From Schmidtea nova (Eukaryota): a DNA stretch of 64,000 nucleotides. The stretch is taken from contig CM097883.1 of NCBI GenBank assembly GCA_044892505.1, positions 17,918,001-17,982,000 on the forward strand, read 5' to 3'. The notes below the pieces were generated by a model. The model saw only the letters and a program-made list of their open reading frames with translations. It did no database searches and was not told where the DNA came from. Shown here one piece after another: positions 24,763 to 38,400 of the stretch. The stretch's first letter is position 1. Each line of letters begins with the position of its first letter. The position numbers and the translations under genes were made by a program.

Positions 24763-27700
24763 CGAAGTATGCAGACACAAGTAGACGATATTTAATGAAA
24801 TCGGTTGGCAGTGCTCTTACAATCAAAGCCAATTACATTTTTAATATTTTTATTAAAGTGATGAATTTACAAAACGTATTTAGTGTAAATAACTTACGAA
24901 AGATACAAATAAAACGACCAGATTCACTGGATTCCTGCCGACCAGCTTTCAAGACATTTAAGAACAGCGTTTTACACTGTATTGAGAGAACGGCCAGAAA
25001 GTATTAAAAATTGGGGCGATTCGAGCCAGACGAAAGTGGTCTACTACTTTGTTTGCTATTGAATTTAAAACTTATTCTTTTGATTAGGACTGGACAGAAT
25101 ATATCTGTTTACACCTTGAATTACTGAAAACTAAAACAATACTCGGATAATGCCGATCCTTTCCAACTCTCGCCCGATTCCTTTAAACAAACAAATGATA
25201 CTTCTTCTATTTGCTTCCTTGATAATCTTTCTTTATAACATCTGTTTCTAACATTTTCTCTGCTAACGTTTCTCTTTCTTTCTCTCCTGCTTCTTTTTCT
25301 GATAAACGCTCAACTATTTTAAGCAGTTTTTTTCTCCAAGGCCTCTTAAATTAATTTTATCGTTTTCAACTTTGCGAGTCTAATATCTTCTGTATCCTTT
25401 CTATTTTTTGCTCTGATTTAAATATATCAATTGAGGGGGTTACAAACTATTTAATTTCTAGGAAAATTACTAAAAATAACAAAATCTATTTATAGCAATT
25501 TTTCATTATTTTCATTAGTATATTAGTTATTCTCTATTTTCTTTATTCTAGCTTTAATTTATTTTCATCCTTCAGGTTAAGAGCCTGGCCCTAACACAAC
25601 AACCATAAAACAACCAAAGATTTAAGTTAAATTAGTATATAAACCTTAAAAATTTCAATGTGGGTAACATTCTTAAAATTTCTCCTAAAACGTAAAAATC
25701 TGGCATTTGTATTAAGTATTTTAGAATTTATTAATTCTATTTTGATCTTGCATACTTTCGATTACTACAACATCTTACACTCAGTTGCGACTAAGCAGGA
25801 AATTGATAACCAACAACATATGACACAAGTTATTGTCCCATCAACAAATGATTGACGTGAAGGTAACAGGACTCATGTAGAACACAAATGTCAATGCTCT
25901 CATAAATCAAAACAAATGGCGGATTCGAAATGATATCCAGGAAACTTTTAATTCATAAAGTTTCAGTGATTAAATGAACTGTTAAAATCATAAAAAAAGA
26001 AACTTCTAAGTGAAAAGAACTTGCCAATTCAAAACTGCAAGGGTGAAATGTCACATACTGAGGGAAATACTACCCGTATTCTCTCTTCGAGTTTCAGAGA
26101 ATTTTCAATTATATTAATATTTTGAATTTAAAGTTCGTGCCTTCTTAAAATTTTGGAATTTTTAGATTAATTGATGTGGTTATTTACAATTCCCAATTTT
26201 TTAAGCCTTATTTTATACTTGTCCAATTGGTTCATGGCATGGGCGAAATGCCACATACTTTTGAGAAAACTGACCGTCTTCTCTGTACTAAAGTTTCACG
26301 GAATTGTTAATTGAATATAATGGGTTTTATCTTTCAATCATAATGTTGTGTACACATGAATATATTTGTAAAAAATTTAAATTTTAAACAATTCTTTTTA
26401 TTGTTTAAAATATTTTTAAAAAAATATATTTTAAAATTTAAAAATTATTGTCAATTTTTTGTATTAATCAATTTATTTTTTATTAGATATTGTAATGTTG
26501 AATTGAAAGCACCTTAATATAAGAATGGTGTTCTCTAAATATGCTGTGTAGAATATAATAGGCGTTTTTTGTTTATAATAATAGTAATATAAGCAAAATT
26601 ATCAAAATAATAATTGCTTTTTTACAGTCATCTCATTTTCCCGCCGCTTTAGGTAAAAAGGAGTAACCTATAGTATATTGGTACCTTTATATTTTTGATA
26701 CTATTATTTTTTTAATTAGTGTATCTAATTTGCTATAATATATCGCATCGCTTTTTATATAAGAAGCTTCATCAACTGATTGGTTATGTTGGAGAGAGGA
26801 AAAAGTAAGATTTTCAAAATATGTAAATTGTTGTTGCTGGTGTTCAGGTTCGAAATATGGCTGAAATGTAGGTTGTTGAAGAAGAAGAACTCATATCAGT
26901 AACGATATATCTCTCTGAATTGTAACCCAAATTCGTTTGAAAGATTCTGAGAATATGGGTTGAGTTTTAATTTTTAATTTTTATACTTTTTATAGCGTTG
27001 ACAAAATTAAGGTTGCAGCTAATTTACATGTCGATCTTTNNNNNNNNNNNNNNNNNNNNNNNNNNNNNNNNNNNNNNNNNNNNNNNNNNNNNNNNNNNNN
27101 NNNNNNNNNNNNNNNNNNNNNNNNNNNNNNNNNNNNNNNNNNNNNNNNNNNNNNNNNNNNNNNNNNNNNNNNNNNNNNNNNNNNNNNNNNNNNNNNNGCC
27201 AATTAGATACTTAAAGTGCCATATAAACAAAATTAACGATGCCTTGCGTCTAAAATATTGAAATGCACCTGCTAGTGATTTTAAAAATAAAAAGTAATTT
27301 TTTAATTAGCTGTTAGAAGGCTTTAATTAATTAACAGAGTTTTTTTGAATATCTGATGTTGACAGGGAGTCTGTCAAATTATAAATGGCGTTTTTCATAA
27401 TTAAATAGTTGCAATGTTGCAATTTGGATTAAATTTTACATTCGGCTAAAAACAAAATCGCCTCCTAATGGAATTACAAGATTTATTCTAATGACAAGAT
27501 ACACGGATATCCATGACCGTTTTGTACCACAATGTTCCGGTAGAATTATGCCAAGGCCAGTATACTTTCAAAATACATTTTGTATTTTAGTTATATTTTA
27601 TTAATAAAAACCGAATTCTCAATTTTTATTTTGAACATAGGTAGTGTATCGAATTTTTATTACTACCTTTTTCTTTTAAATCTGTCTAGTGTAATTATTT

Positions 27701-29347
27701 TGGCATTAATTTGGTAGGTATTCGTCATACGCCAAGATATGTTTGTATATTATATGTATGAGGGTTTATCCGTAAATAACAACAAAAATCTAATTATAAA
27801 TATAAAATAAACACTCAGATATTAAATCAATCAAAATAAATTGTCATATTGTCAAAATATTGCCAATGTGAATTGATTGTCCAGAATTATCATCAATTCA
27901 TTGTTTGGTCTCGATTGCTGTCCACATGTACATTTATTCTATATTTTCTTCTTCCTATTCTGTCGTCATCATTAATTTCAAATTAGTTGGCTATTCTTCC
28001 TACATGTAATATTATGATTATATTCTCATCGCAAATGGTAATGTATTACCCACTTATTGGGATTTCCTATAAACCTATGATCTTTTAGTTGACTGCCAGA
28101 ACAAAAAATTAATTCCGCGCAAAAATATTTCAGACACTCCAAACAGGATATTAGCTTCACAAGCAAACACAATCCAAAAACTTCAACAATAAACACAACA
28201 AACATCGATCCATCCTCGAGCATTGTAAGTTTGTTGCTGACAAAGATAAAAGATTTAAAAATTTAGCCGATAATCAGTTATCTATCACGAGGGGACTAAT
28301 AACATCATTTTACAGAGAAATTATTAAAAATCAATCAAAATGCCAGGAAATTTCCGAAATCAAATGATTAATCTACCAATCTAATTAATTATACCATCAA
28401 TAAAAAAGACTTTTATTAAAGCTATAACCACTAAACTGGTTATCCGAGTAAATTCGGGGTGATAAAATCTCCAAATATTGTACTGATTTAAGCCGAGTAG
28501 TATTTAATATTTATACATTTCATTGTAACTTAGATATAATTCAGGATGATAAATTTCATGTTTAAAAGATATGTTTTGTCATTTTATATAATAACTTTAA
28601 AAAGTATCTAATAGTGTTGGCAAAATTAAGGTTGCAGCTAATTTACATGTCGATCTTTTATTATTATTAATANNNNNNNNNNNNNNNNNNNNNNNNNNNN
28701 NNNNNNNNNNNNNNNNNNNNNNNNNNNNNNNNNNNNNNNNNNNNNNNNNNNNNNNNNNNNNNNNNNNNNNNNNNNNNNNNNNNNNNNNNNNNNNNNNNNN
28801 NNNNNNNNNNNNNNNNNNNNNNNNNNNNNNNNNNGTGTAAATATAATAAAAATATGAAATTTTTATTAATAAGTTAAACAGTTAAAGATAATTGAGCATT
28901 TTTCATTAATTGTTAACAAAATGAAAAACATGTTAAAATTGCCAGTGAAAGTGTTATGAAAATTCAGAATTTACTTTAAGGTAACATTGGTAAAGTTGCC
29001 GATTTATTGAATGATGATTTATAAATTTAATTCAAAGTATAAAATGCATCGATAAAATTGTCAAGAAAATAGATGAAAAAGTTTGTTTAGAAATCATTTT
29101 ATCTTGTAATTTGTTCAGATATTTTTGGATAAACTGAAATAAGAATAATTCATGAATCCGAAAATCGTTTCACAATTATATTTGGAAATTTTTTCTATAA
29201 TCATAGCGACTTATCAAATTTTTCAATGTTAATTATTATCAAAATATAATAAAAATAAAATAGTAAAGTGAATCTGAATTAATTGCTAGTTGGTCATTTA
29301 TTGTTATTTATATATTTCATCATGTACAGTTAAGTAAATAAATGTAA

Positions 29348-29894
29348 TGTAGTGCCTCTGCTTTATGTGTATTTATATTATATTATATATACTAAATTAA
29401 AATATACATATTTATAATAACTGTATATAAAATATTATAACAAAATTAATTCATTTGTTTTAATATCCAGTTTTTTGAATTAAAAAGAAATGCAGTACGC
29501 AGTGCAAGTCAATGTGGTATTCATTAAAATTTTGTCGATGTTCATGTTTATTTTATCATTCACAATAATTGGTGTCAGAAATGGAGTTACCTGCATCGTT
29601 AGTTGATGCTCTTAGGTTTCTTTCAGTCCTCATACACTCCGCGTACTTCGGCGAGGGCTATTGTAGTGCCTCTGTTTTATGCGTATTTATATTATATTAT
29701 GTATACTAAATTAAAATATACATATTTATAATAAACTGCATATAAAATATTATAATAAAATTAATTCAGTTGTTTTATTAATATAATCAGTTGCTTTACT
29801 TTTGAATTAAAAAGAAATGCAGCACGCAGTACAAGTCAATGTGATATTCAATAAAAATTTTTCGAAATTCGTGTTTATTTTATCAGTCACGATA
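29348..29894 (+). mobile_element. TRIM-like miniature LTR element
   Basis: Direct repeats at 29348-29567 and 29662-29894 both start TGTAGTGCCTCTG. The 94-bp interior starts with a PBS-like TGGTGTCAGAA (29570) and ends with purine-rich GGCGAGGG. No TSD. Confidence 0.6.
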
Positions 29895-29979
29895 TTGTTT
29901 GATAGTTACATCATTTATAATTTCAATCGACTATAAGGAAATAAATTACGAATCATATTCGCTCGAATTTTATTAATTA

Positions 29980-30418
29980 CTAGCTTACCCATCGTACGTT
30001 GTTGCCATCTCAGAAGAAATTAAATTAAAAGAAACTCGTTATGATAACATTCAATTTACATTGTGTAATTATTATTGAAACATATTGAAAACATTTCAAA
30101 GTACCGTTTTAATTCTATTTATTTATTTGAATGCTTGTGGATACACGATATTTTTTGTTTTTCCGTCTGGTGCGTACACGAATAAATCAGAAGATTTTCC
30201 GACGCATTAGATGACCACATACAGTTGTCCATGTGAGAAGCAAGGATTCTCCAAATATAGTTCACACACTTGCAGTGATTGTGCATGTGCTTGTCGCAGC
30301 GAAAACTGTGGGTGGCTGGTCCAATATTTTAAAAAATGTTTTGCCAGAAACCTTTACATGAGTGTACTTAAGAACTTCTTAAAGTTTCAGGGCGTTCGGA
30401 CAGACAGACATTCATTTG

Positions 30419-30492
<74 letters not shown>
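29980..30492 (-). mobile_element. Possible non-autonomous Helitron-like element
   Basis: The minus strand ends GGGTAAGCTAG|T. The other end has GACAGACAGAC followed by (TA)n, an arrangement common in non-autonomous Helitrons. The 3' hairpin and 5' TC are not clear. Confidence 0.35.
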
Positions 30493-30495
<3 letters not shown>

Positions 30496-30754
30496 TTTAA
30501 AACCATTGTTTGTTTTTTAGTCATGTTGCAACTGTACTTAATTACACAAAATGTGAAGAATATATTTAAATTTGAATAAGAATATATTTAAATTTGAAAA
30601 AGGAAAAATTGGACTTCATCATCACAACGATGGTTTCATTTTCAGATAATTCAATTGTCAATATTTCTTTATTATCCTGATTATTTTTCATTTTATAATA
30701 TATTTCTATTTTTTCCATTGTAATCTCGAATACCTTTTTTAGCGCTATAAGTGC

Positions 30755-31097
30755 CTATCTAACAGTTTCGTCAGTGGGAAATTCAGCAAAATGATGCAAC
30801 AGTGTCCTACCATTATGATTTCTCGCATTAATATCTGATTTATAATTACCTTTCAATGCTCGAATGAAGTTAGTTTCACAACCTAGCTCAGATATTACAG
30901 AAATAATTTGAAATACTTCTAAGTCAATTACCGGATTTAAGGTTCTCTCGGCTCCACAATAAAAAAATGCTATTTCATCTTTACTTTCAAAAAATAACTT
31001 TTTATGAATAAAAACTTTGACTGCAGAGTAAGTAGTCGTTTCATTCTCTAAGTCTACATATATGCAGACAAACATCAAGAATAATGCTGATGTGTTC
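30755..31097 (-). pseudogene. Ankyrin-repeat pseudogene headed by a spliced-leader sequence
   Basis: KSDINARNHNGRTLLHHFA is an ankyrin repeat. The frame stops at 30755 and is out of phase with the leader ATG. Confidence 0.65.
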
Positions 31098-31139
31098 CAT
31101 AAAAGATTATTTAAAATTTTAAATAGACCGTCTAACGGC
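31098..31139 (-). ncRNA. 42-nt planarian spliced-leader variant (leader exon only, no donor)
   Basis: GCCGTTAGACGGTCTATTTAAAATTTTAAATAATCTTTTATG has the same length as SL-1 and matches the recalled SL-1 at 32/42 positions. The first 15 nt are identical, it ends in ATG, and it is followed by GA, not GT. Confidence 0.75.
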
Positions 31140-32909
31140 TCACAATCGAGACAGTAAAAATCTCGTCATCTTTGGTTTTTCCGAAAGTGTACATCACAAT
31201 CACAATCCCATCAAGTTTTCTTTTATTAATAATGTTTATTTTCTTTTCTTTTCTTTTAATTCTAATTTTATGCCTTATTCATTTATTCGTTATAAGACCG
31301 GTGCGAACAGTGGTAATTGGTGCCAAATTGAAAGATGAAAACGAAAAAATAATTTTAAATAAATTATGGATTCCTTGGAGGAGCTAGAGCGAAAATACGA
31401 ATTAATAAATTAAATGATCTCACACGTTCACTAAAACCAAACTCCATTGAATTATATTAATAAATTTTATTTCTGGCAATAGTTATTATATCAAATATTT
31501 TTTTATACAGATGTAGCGAATATTATGCCTTCATATGCAATGCAAAAGGTTCCATTCAAAATTTCTTTAAACAATAACACAAAATTTCGGCACAGCCTTT
31601 ATCAAGTGTGTATTTCAATCGTTATATTAACTTAATTCTAAATACTAACCTTAATAATTTATTTTATATTTTATAATGATTTTAATGGATGAAAGTAAAT
31701 TTATTTTAATTTTCTTTTTAAGCATGATTTTTTTGTGCGAATTGAATGTTGATGGACGGTTTTTATTCTTTGATGTAAAAAGTCTCGGAAGCTAATCTTT
31801 GCAATGAATTTTTGAATCCATCTTGTAAAAAAATCGAATTAATACTGGGAGAAGAATATCGAGTACATATTTTTCAGGGGAAAATAGAAATATTGGACGA
31901 TTGTTTAAAACTATGGAAAGAATTGGAAAGATTTACCTCATGGAAAGTTGCAGAATAAATCATGCAGAAAAGATAAAGAGCATCACAGAAGTACAAATCA
32001 ACAATGTAGAACACGAAGGAATAAAAACTTTACCCGATGGAAAAAGAAGATGAAGAATTAATGTCAATTTCAGGAGAAATGATAAAAGAAAATAAATATA
32101 TTATTTGAAAGAACATGAGTTTAGAAGAAATAAGAAGGAAATTATTATTTATTAATGCTGAATATGGTACATTTGAAGACCATCTGATGATTCCATTATT
32201 TGTAGCAATTATAAATTATGCGGGAAAAATTATTAAAAATAGCTTTATTACACCAAGAGTAAAAGTTTACACTATACTACCTTCAGCCTCATCTCGAAAT
32301 CAGTCTGCTTAATATACAGATATACGAGACTGGCATTGGAAAAATTACTTGTTGGGCATGATCTGCTTCTAGAATGGAAATATCTTCTGTGGGACACGAG
32401 ATTTGACAATATCCAGTCATCGAACCAATGAAAACTACAATATGTAATGATTGATAAAAATTTAAGACATTGGTGAAAGAGATATGCAGAGAAAAAATCC
32501 TAACAGGCATTCACTTAATTTTCTAAGATGCAAAAAATTAATCAGGTGAACAATCCAGTCGAAAACAGGTGGAAAGAAGAAGACAATATCAAAAAAGTAT
32601 TCTTTAGAAGAATAGAGAATTGAAAAGGCAAACCAAAGAAACAATGTCTATGTATACTTATGAAACAACAATGACAGTGATCAATGACGTTACAAATAAC
32701 GTTACAACGGAGATATTTCTATATGTATCTGAAGAAAATATCACAATAACTGTTCAAAATGAGGAGTGTGGAATTGAAAGTAGAACCTGAACCAATAACG
32801 AAAAATAAAACAAATCGTAAACGCAAAACGACAGCCAGCACCGATTTATCAGAATTGTTGTGAAAAGATGCAATAACTGATTAAAATATGAAAAATAAAT
32901 TAAAACAAT

Positions 32910-33704
32910 TGTTAGGGTCAGGCCCTTGGCCTTAAAAGAATAAAAAGATTTAAAAATTAAAAAAGTTTTAAAAATAGTAATATTAAATTACCTAAAGTAA
33001 AATAAATAAATAATTAAAAGTAAAAGAATAAATAATTACTATAAATACAGAATTAAAGAAAACAATTACTAAAAATAGAATTGAGCTATTTTTGGTAATT
33101 ATTAATAAAGTAATGGTTAAAAATAGTAATTTTTAATTACTAAATAGAGTAGTTAATTTTATTAGAGTATATAAACCCAAGTAAAACAAAGAATGAGTAC
33201 GATTTTTTGACAATAAATTATTGGACGAGATTTTAACGAGCACAAAGGACGACAATTTAACGATCAAAAGGGACGATTATTTGACGATACAATAAGAGGA
33301 CGGAATTTTGAGACGAGAAATAGAAGATCAAGACAAATATTTGAGGACGGAAAATAGACAATCAGATTTAATAACAAATACTAGACGAGGAAATTATTTG
33401 ACCAGTTAGACGGAGTATTGATAAAATATATTTTGGAGAGAAACAAGAATCGTTCTAGTTGAAGGAGTTCTATATAAAGAAGATAATTCATTGGCTTTGT
33501 GCAATAACGATTATTCGATAATCGTCTGTTTAAGTGTAAATTTATTTGTGATAAAGAAAGTAAAGGGATTTATAAAAGCGACGGTTAATTACTTCTACAG
33601 TATTAACCGTTTTCTCGATAAATAAATAAATAATAGTATTAATTTTAATAAGTAGAGGGAAACAAGTACCGTTTCACCACTACTCAGGTAGCCCCAAAAT
33701 CACA
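32910..33704 (+). mobile_element. LTR-like unit (TGTTAGGG family) after degenerate RT-like sequence
   Basis: Starts TGTTAGGGTCAGG, and a related terminus is on the minus strand near 25590. Contains repeated GACGA motifs. The upstream 32115-32312 ORF has TFEDHL, which is weakly RT-like. Confidence 0.3.
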
Positions 33705-34533
33705 TTCTTGCTTGCCCTCTTTCTTTATTTGCAATAGTTGTATTACTCAGGTGCCAACTATTTCTTGCAGGCTGGTAAAAAACAACAGGGATCAGTGAAT
33801 CCATTCCTTTGCATTTTATCTTTCGTATATTGTAAACACAACAACAGATTTTGTAAATTGTATTATCTAATTAAACATTAGAAAAGTAATTGCCTTGTGT
33901 TCATTTATTTATAAGAACTAGTAACCGACTAAATATAAACTATAATATTTACATATTATTATTTATAAAAACAGTTTTACTTATAATTGGAGACAGATGT
34001 GTTAAGATGATCAATTCCCCACTTTTGATCTTAACACAATTATGGAAAATATTTGAAAATAAGATTAATTTTCCAATGAGAAAATTCTAGTTTCTTCAAC
34101 TAACTAAAATAAATTTTAGCAAAATTATTAGTTAGTCGAAGACAGCAACGAACGAAACTAGATTGAGATACTGAAATTTATTGTCAATCTGATTTTACTT
34201 ATTCGGTTATTATCCTTTGAATTAAATACCCTGCATGTAATCTTGGATAAAAAGTTATAAAGAAAATTTGTTATTTTTTAACAAAGCTTTAATTTGTTGT
34301 TTCTTATTATTTAAAGGACACGAAGAGTCAGAATCAATTTAAATCCAACCGAAAGTCTAACAATCTAACAGTTAACTTGGAATTTATTTATTTTAAAAAT
34401 AAAATTTAGGAATTATGTATTAAATTATTATGATAAATAACGCAAAAGATTTTTATTATTATTAATACATTAAGAAAATGCATGAAAATTTTGAAAAAGT
34501 TATGTAATTAAATAATGTTTTTGATATATAATA

Positions 34534-34710
34534 TGTAGTGCCTCTGATTTGGATTGCAATTTTAATGTTGTTTACATAATTAAAATTAAAAGAAAAGCAG
34601 ATTTTCAAAATGCAACAGAATGAAGGAGAATTTGTATTTGAATAAATATATATTTTACCTAATTATTGTAGTTTTTTCCATATCGCTACAATTGGTGTCA
34701 GAAGTGGGAT
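34534..34710 (+). mobile_element. Short LTR plus tRNA-Leu primer-binding site (Ty3/gypsy-type 5' end)
   Basis: TGTAGTGCCTCTG...CTACA (34534-34690), then TGGTGTCAGAAGTGGGAT (34693-34710), which is complementary to the 3' end of tRNA-Leu(CAA). Confidence 0.65.
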
Positions 34711-35465
34711 ATTTCTTAGCAACATTTAGTATAAAATTTTATTAATATTTAAAATTTTTAATAAAAATATTAATTGAACGTAAATTTAAATATCATAACA
34801 TGATGTTATATTAGTACCTCGGAATGAGGATATTAAATTTTCAATGTTGCTGATAAACATGTCATTGTTTTTATAGAATAATTTTTAATATTGAAACACG
34901 TGGATAGTTTTCTTTTAATAGCCGATTTTAATTTACTAAACACTATTGGATATAAAAAAAGGATTTACGATTGTTAGAAGATGGACGAAAAATAAAAATT
35001 CAAACATTATACAATAGGAAGCAATAAATTCAGAATAAATATTAACATACATTAATTATTCGAGAGCAACACTTTGATTTATTGGACAATAATATTCATT
35101 GTGTGATCAATTCATTGACATTGACAATTTATTCTTGTGTTACCATTTTAATAGTTTGGTGACTTATCTTTTGAGTTATTTCATGTAATGACAATTTATT
35201 TTATTTTTATGTGAGAATAGTTTGTTTTTTTGTGTGATTCTAATTATTTTGTGATTTAAATAATATTATGTAATCTTGACGATCATCTTTGTAATTATTA
35301 TGTGATTTTGATTATTTTATATAATTAATTTTTGCATTTTTATGTTTAACGATATAAACATGACAATGATTTAATTGATGGAAAAGCGCAAAGTTAACCC
35401 GGTCAGGATCCCCATACAAATATATGTGTATATTTACTTTATAAATCAAATAAAGCTTGGTGGAT

Positions 35466-35888
35466 CTACAAGCCCTTGAGGATGGGCTTTTCCCGTAATC
35501 CCGTGATCGAGAACTGTCTCATCTGTCGCTCCTTAGATATCCGGAGAGGTCGACTAGTGTCATCCTGATTTGCTATAATTCTGACTGTTGGATGTATCCC
35601 AAGTAAATTACACGTGACGGCCTCTGCTGCTTGTCTTTTAATATTGGCCAGCCGCTGCCTCCCCCCCCGGTATAGAACTTCGTCATGGGGATTCCTACAT
35701 ATCGAGAAGGGACATACCAATCAGAATTCGTGACGCCACTTGCGTATTTGCATATCCAGAGTGCGCAGAAGTGAAGCCGGTAGATCTTTGAGCGTCCTCA
35801 TTTGCTTCCGTTGTTGCATATTGTACTTCTATTTAGCCACAATCTGCCTAGTGTATTCATAGTCTCTGGTTTCTTGTGAGCTTTCCAT
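35466..35888 (-). pseudogene. ORF-A family copy 2 (stops and frameshifts)
   Basis: MESSQETRD...RTLKDLPASLLRTLDMQIRKWRHEF...RGG/SGWPI...QRPSRVIYLGYIQQSEL.../TSRPLR...LREKPILKGL* aligns with 60370-60789. Confidence 0.7.
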
Positions 35889-35949
35889 TCAAGATAATCG
35901 TAGAAACTCTGCTTGGGTATCGTTAGTGAATAAATTGGTTAAATTGTCT

Positions 35950-36387
35950 AACTCACTATAGAATCAAATTCAAAATTCTGATTGAAATGATTTTGAGGTC
36001 AGTATTTATACTGATCGAGTTGGTTCACTTGACCAATCAGGATGGCAAAAAAGTGAGTTTGAATTTTACTTTATTTATTTAAATATTTTGAACGACAGAT
36101 CGCAATATCCTGCTTTCTGGATCAAAGTTTCACTTAATGAAACAATAAATTTTACTTTTATTTTGAATTTTTTTCGTTAATTTCATTTTTTTATTTAGAT
36201 TTTTCTATTCTGTAAGGCCTCCTGATGCTTCAGTTATTACTTCGTAATTGATAATTTATTTTCTTTCTATTTGTATTTATTTTTAGCTTTTTGTTAGATC
36301 TCTATGGGTTAATTTTATTAATGTTTCATTTTTTGGTTTATTCATTATATTATTTACATCTTTTTAGGTGACTTGGTGGGCCCAACA
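35950..36387 (-). promoter_or_regulatory. TGTTGGGCC-type LTR-like promoter upstream of ORF-A copy 2
   Basis: Minus strand: TGTTGGGCCC start (36387), CCAAT box (36033-36037), TATAAATA (36003-36010), then the ATG about 115 nt downstream. Confidence 0.45.
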
Positions 36388-37214
36388 AAATGCATTTATT
36401 TATATTCATGGATACATCGATTAAATGATAAATATGTTCGAACGGTCGTCTTCTGGTGATTATTGAATTCATATTCTCTATTATGCTTCGAATTAGTTTA
36501 AGGTGAGCAAACATGAAATTCTTCATTTACTTTAATGTTAACCAATTTTTAAGTAAAACAATTATTTTTAATTCTTCCTATTTCTGTGGTGTTTTTTAAT
36601 TTGTAGCAACGTTATTTGGTAATAATTTTATTTTGTTTGTTAAATAATATTTAAAAATGACTCTAGTAGTAGTAATACGAATACCTAGCTATTTTCGTAA
36701 GTTTGGTCAATTTTCTTAAAATCTAAACAATTCGACTAGCCGATTTTTGTCGACACTATTATAAATTCTAATATATGGATAAACAAATTAATTAATCTTA
36801 CTTTGAGTTCATTTAAATATTTTAAATAAAAAAATATTTTAATTTGTCACACGCACTTGATTGCATGTCATCATTGCGTATGTGTGCGTGCATCAAACTA
36901 TGTACACATTTCCCTGCTTATAATAGGCATAAATTGGAAATGGAGAATCAAGATCAATAATTAGTTATTGGTAAGTTAAAGTGTTTCTGATCGAATCAAT
37001 TAGACATACAAAAATTAATCTGGCAGAATTAAAAAATAATTAATCATAAGACATCGTTATTGATAAGTACGAATAAATTGATTTTTATCGGTAATCAGGA
37101 TACTATAACTATCTCCTAAGACACAAGTAAGATTCCCTAACACAAGTAACAACACAAGTAACGATTCCCTAAAAATATACTATATCTGAGGGTAATCTCT
37201 ATTTGTCAGCTATT

Positions 37215-37254
37215 GAATTTTTGTTTTCTCAATCACGATGATTAATGACGTAAA
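37215..37254 (+). promoter_or_regulatory. About 40-bp element shared with 54437-54475
   Basis: GAATTTTTGTTTTCTCAATCACGATGATTAATGACGTAAA versus GAATTTTGTTTTTCAAATCGCGATGATTAATGACGTAAA. Confidence 0.45.
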
Positions 37255-37862
37255 CAATTAATAATTAATTAATATTTTTGAATTTATAACACTTCATGAT
37301 CTCACATAAATTTAAAATTATTTATTTTTTCAGTTGCCATGTGATATGGTCTTTCGTCTTAAAAATATGGATTTTTGCAATTTTAATTATACTAACTATC
37401 ATGTTAACCAATGAGATTGCATGTTCTATATTTCTTCAGTCGAACTATTACCTTTTTATAAAAAGTGTCACGCGAAACAGCAATTTTCTCCCAAACAATT
37501 TACAAATGTTTTCCTGCCGTTCAGTGTATCGATAGCATAATTTTGAAGGAATATTTTTACTTACTGGGATTCATGAGATTTCCAATGTACAATAATTTTA
37601 TGGATTACTGGTTCAATTGATACACGGCTCTGTTGCCTTTTTGTCCATACATCGACACGTATCATATCATGGACTTTCGTAAGGTTATCTTTAAAATTTA
37701 ATTGTGTTATTAACCAAGGGTATTTATAATTCATTGATAATTCACGAGCGATATGGATATTCTTGTTATAGTTTAATTTTACTGGGGGTTCAAAATAGTT
37801 CAGCAGATTATTTATTTCTATCTCTTCTGTTATGTCGCAATGATAGATCATGGGTACATGTT

Positions 37863-37922
<60 letters not shown>

Positions 37923-38099
37923 TTTTTCTAATAATGGGACTTTCTTAATTACATATAATGAAAACGTTCGTATTGCTTATGTACACAAAACATTGATAAT
38001 CTTTACTGTGGTAACCAGCAACGTTTTACTCAAGTAATTTAAGTGAGTGAGGTTTTTTGTAAATTTTTGTTTAATTAGTTTTTCTTTTTCACCGCAATT

Positions 38100-38400
38100 T
38101 TGGGTTTGACCTCAAGGGATACCGTTCTTCCAGCGGAATTTTCTTACATCGATTCACATGAATGGCAATCGTTTCAGCATTTTATTATTTCGTGGACGAC
38201 AGAACAATTATTCAGAACAATTATTAAACTCGACAGAATAATTATTCACATCGTTTGCATCTTCAGAAATTATGGAATCCGAGCTGTAATAAATTTTCAA
38301 ATCTCCATCAAGTTAGTGAATAATTTTTTCGTTTATTTCCAACATCCTTTTATTGGTCGTGGATTATTTTACACGTTTGGAGAGTTCATCAATGGTAAGC
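38100..38400 (-). pseudogene. Helitron PIF1-type helicase remnant
   Basis: Minus-strand frame LEINEKIIH*LDGDLKIYYSSDSIISEDANDVNNYSVEFNN resembles the conserved Helitron helicase segment (…KxYYSxDSI…NYPVEFLN). Confidence 0.65.

Noticed and set aside
26998-28660. 41-bp direct repeat (26999-27039 and 28619-28659)
   Set aside because: Both copies abut N-gaps, so a scaffolding overlap or haplotype artefact is likely.
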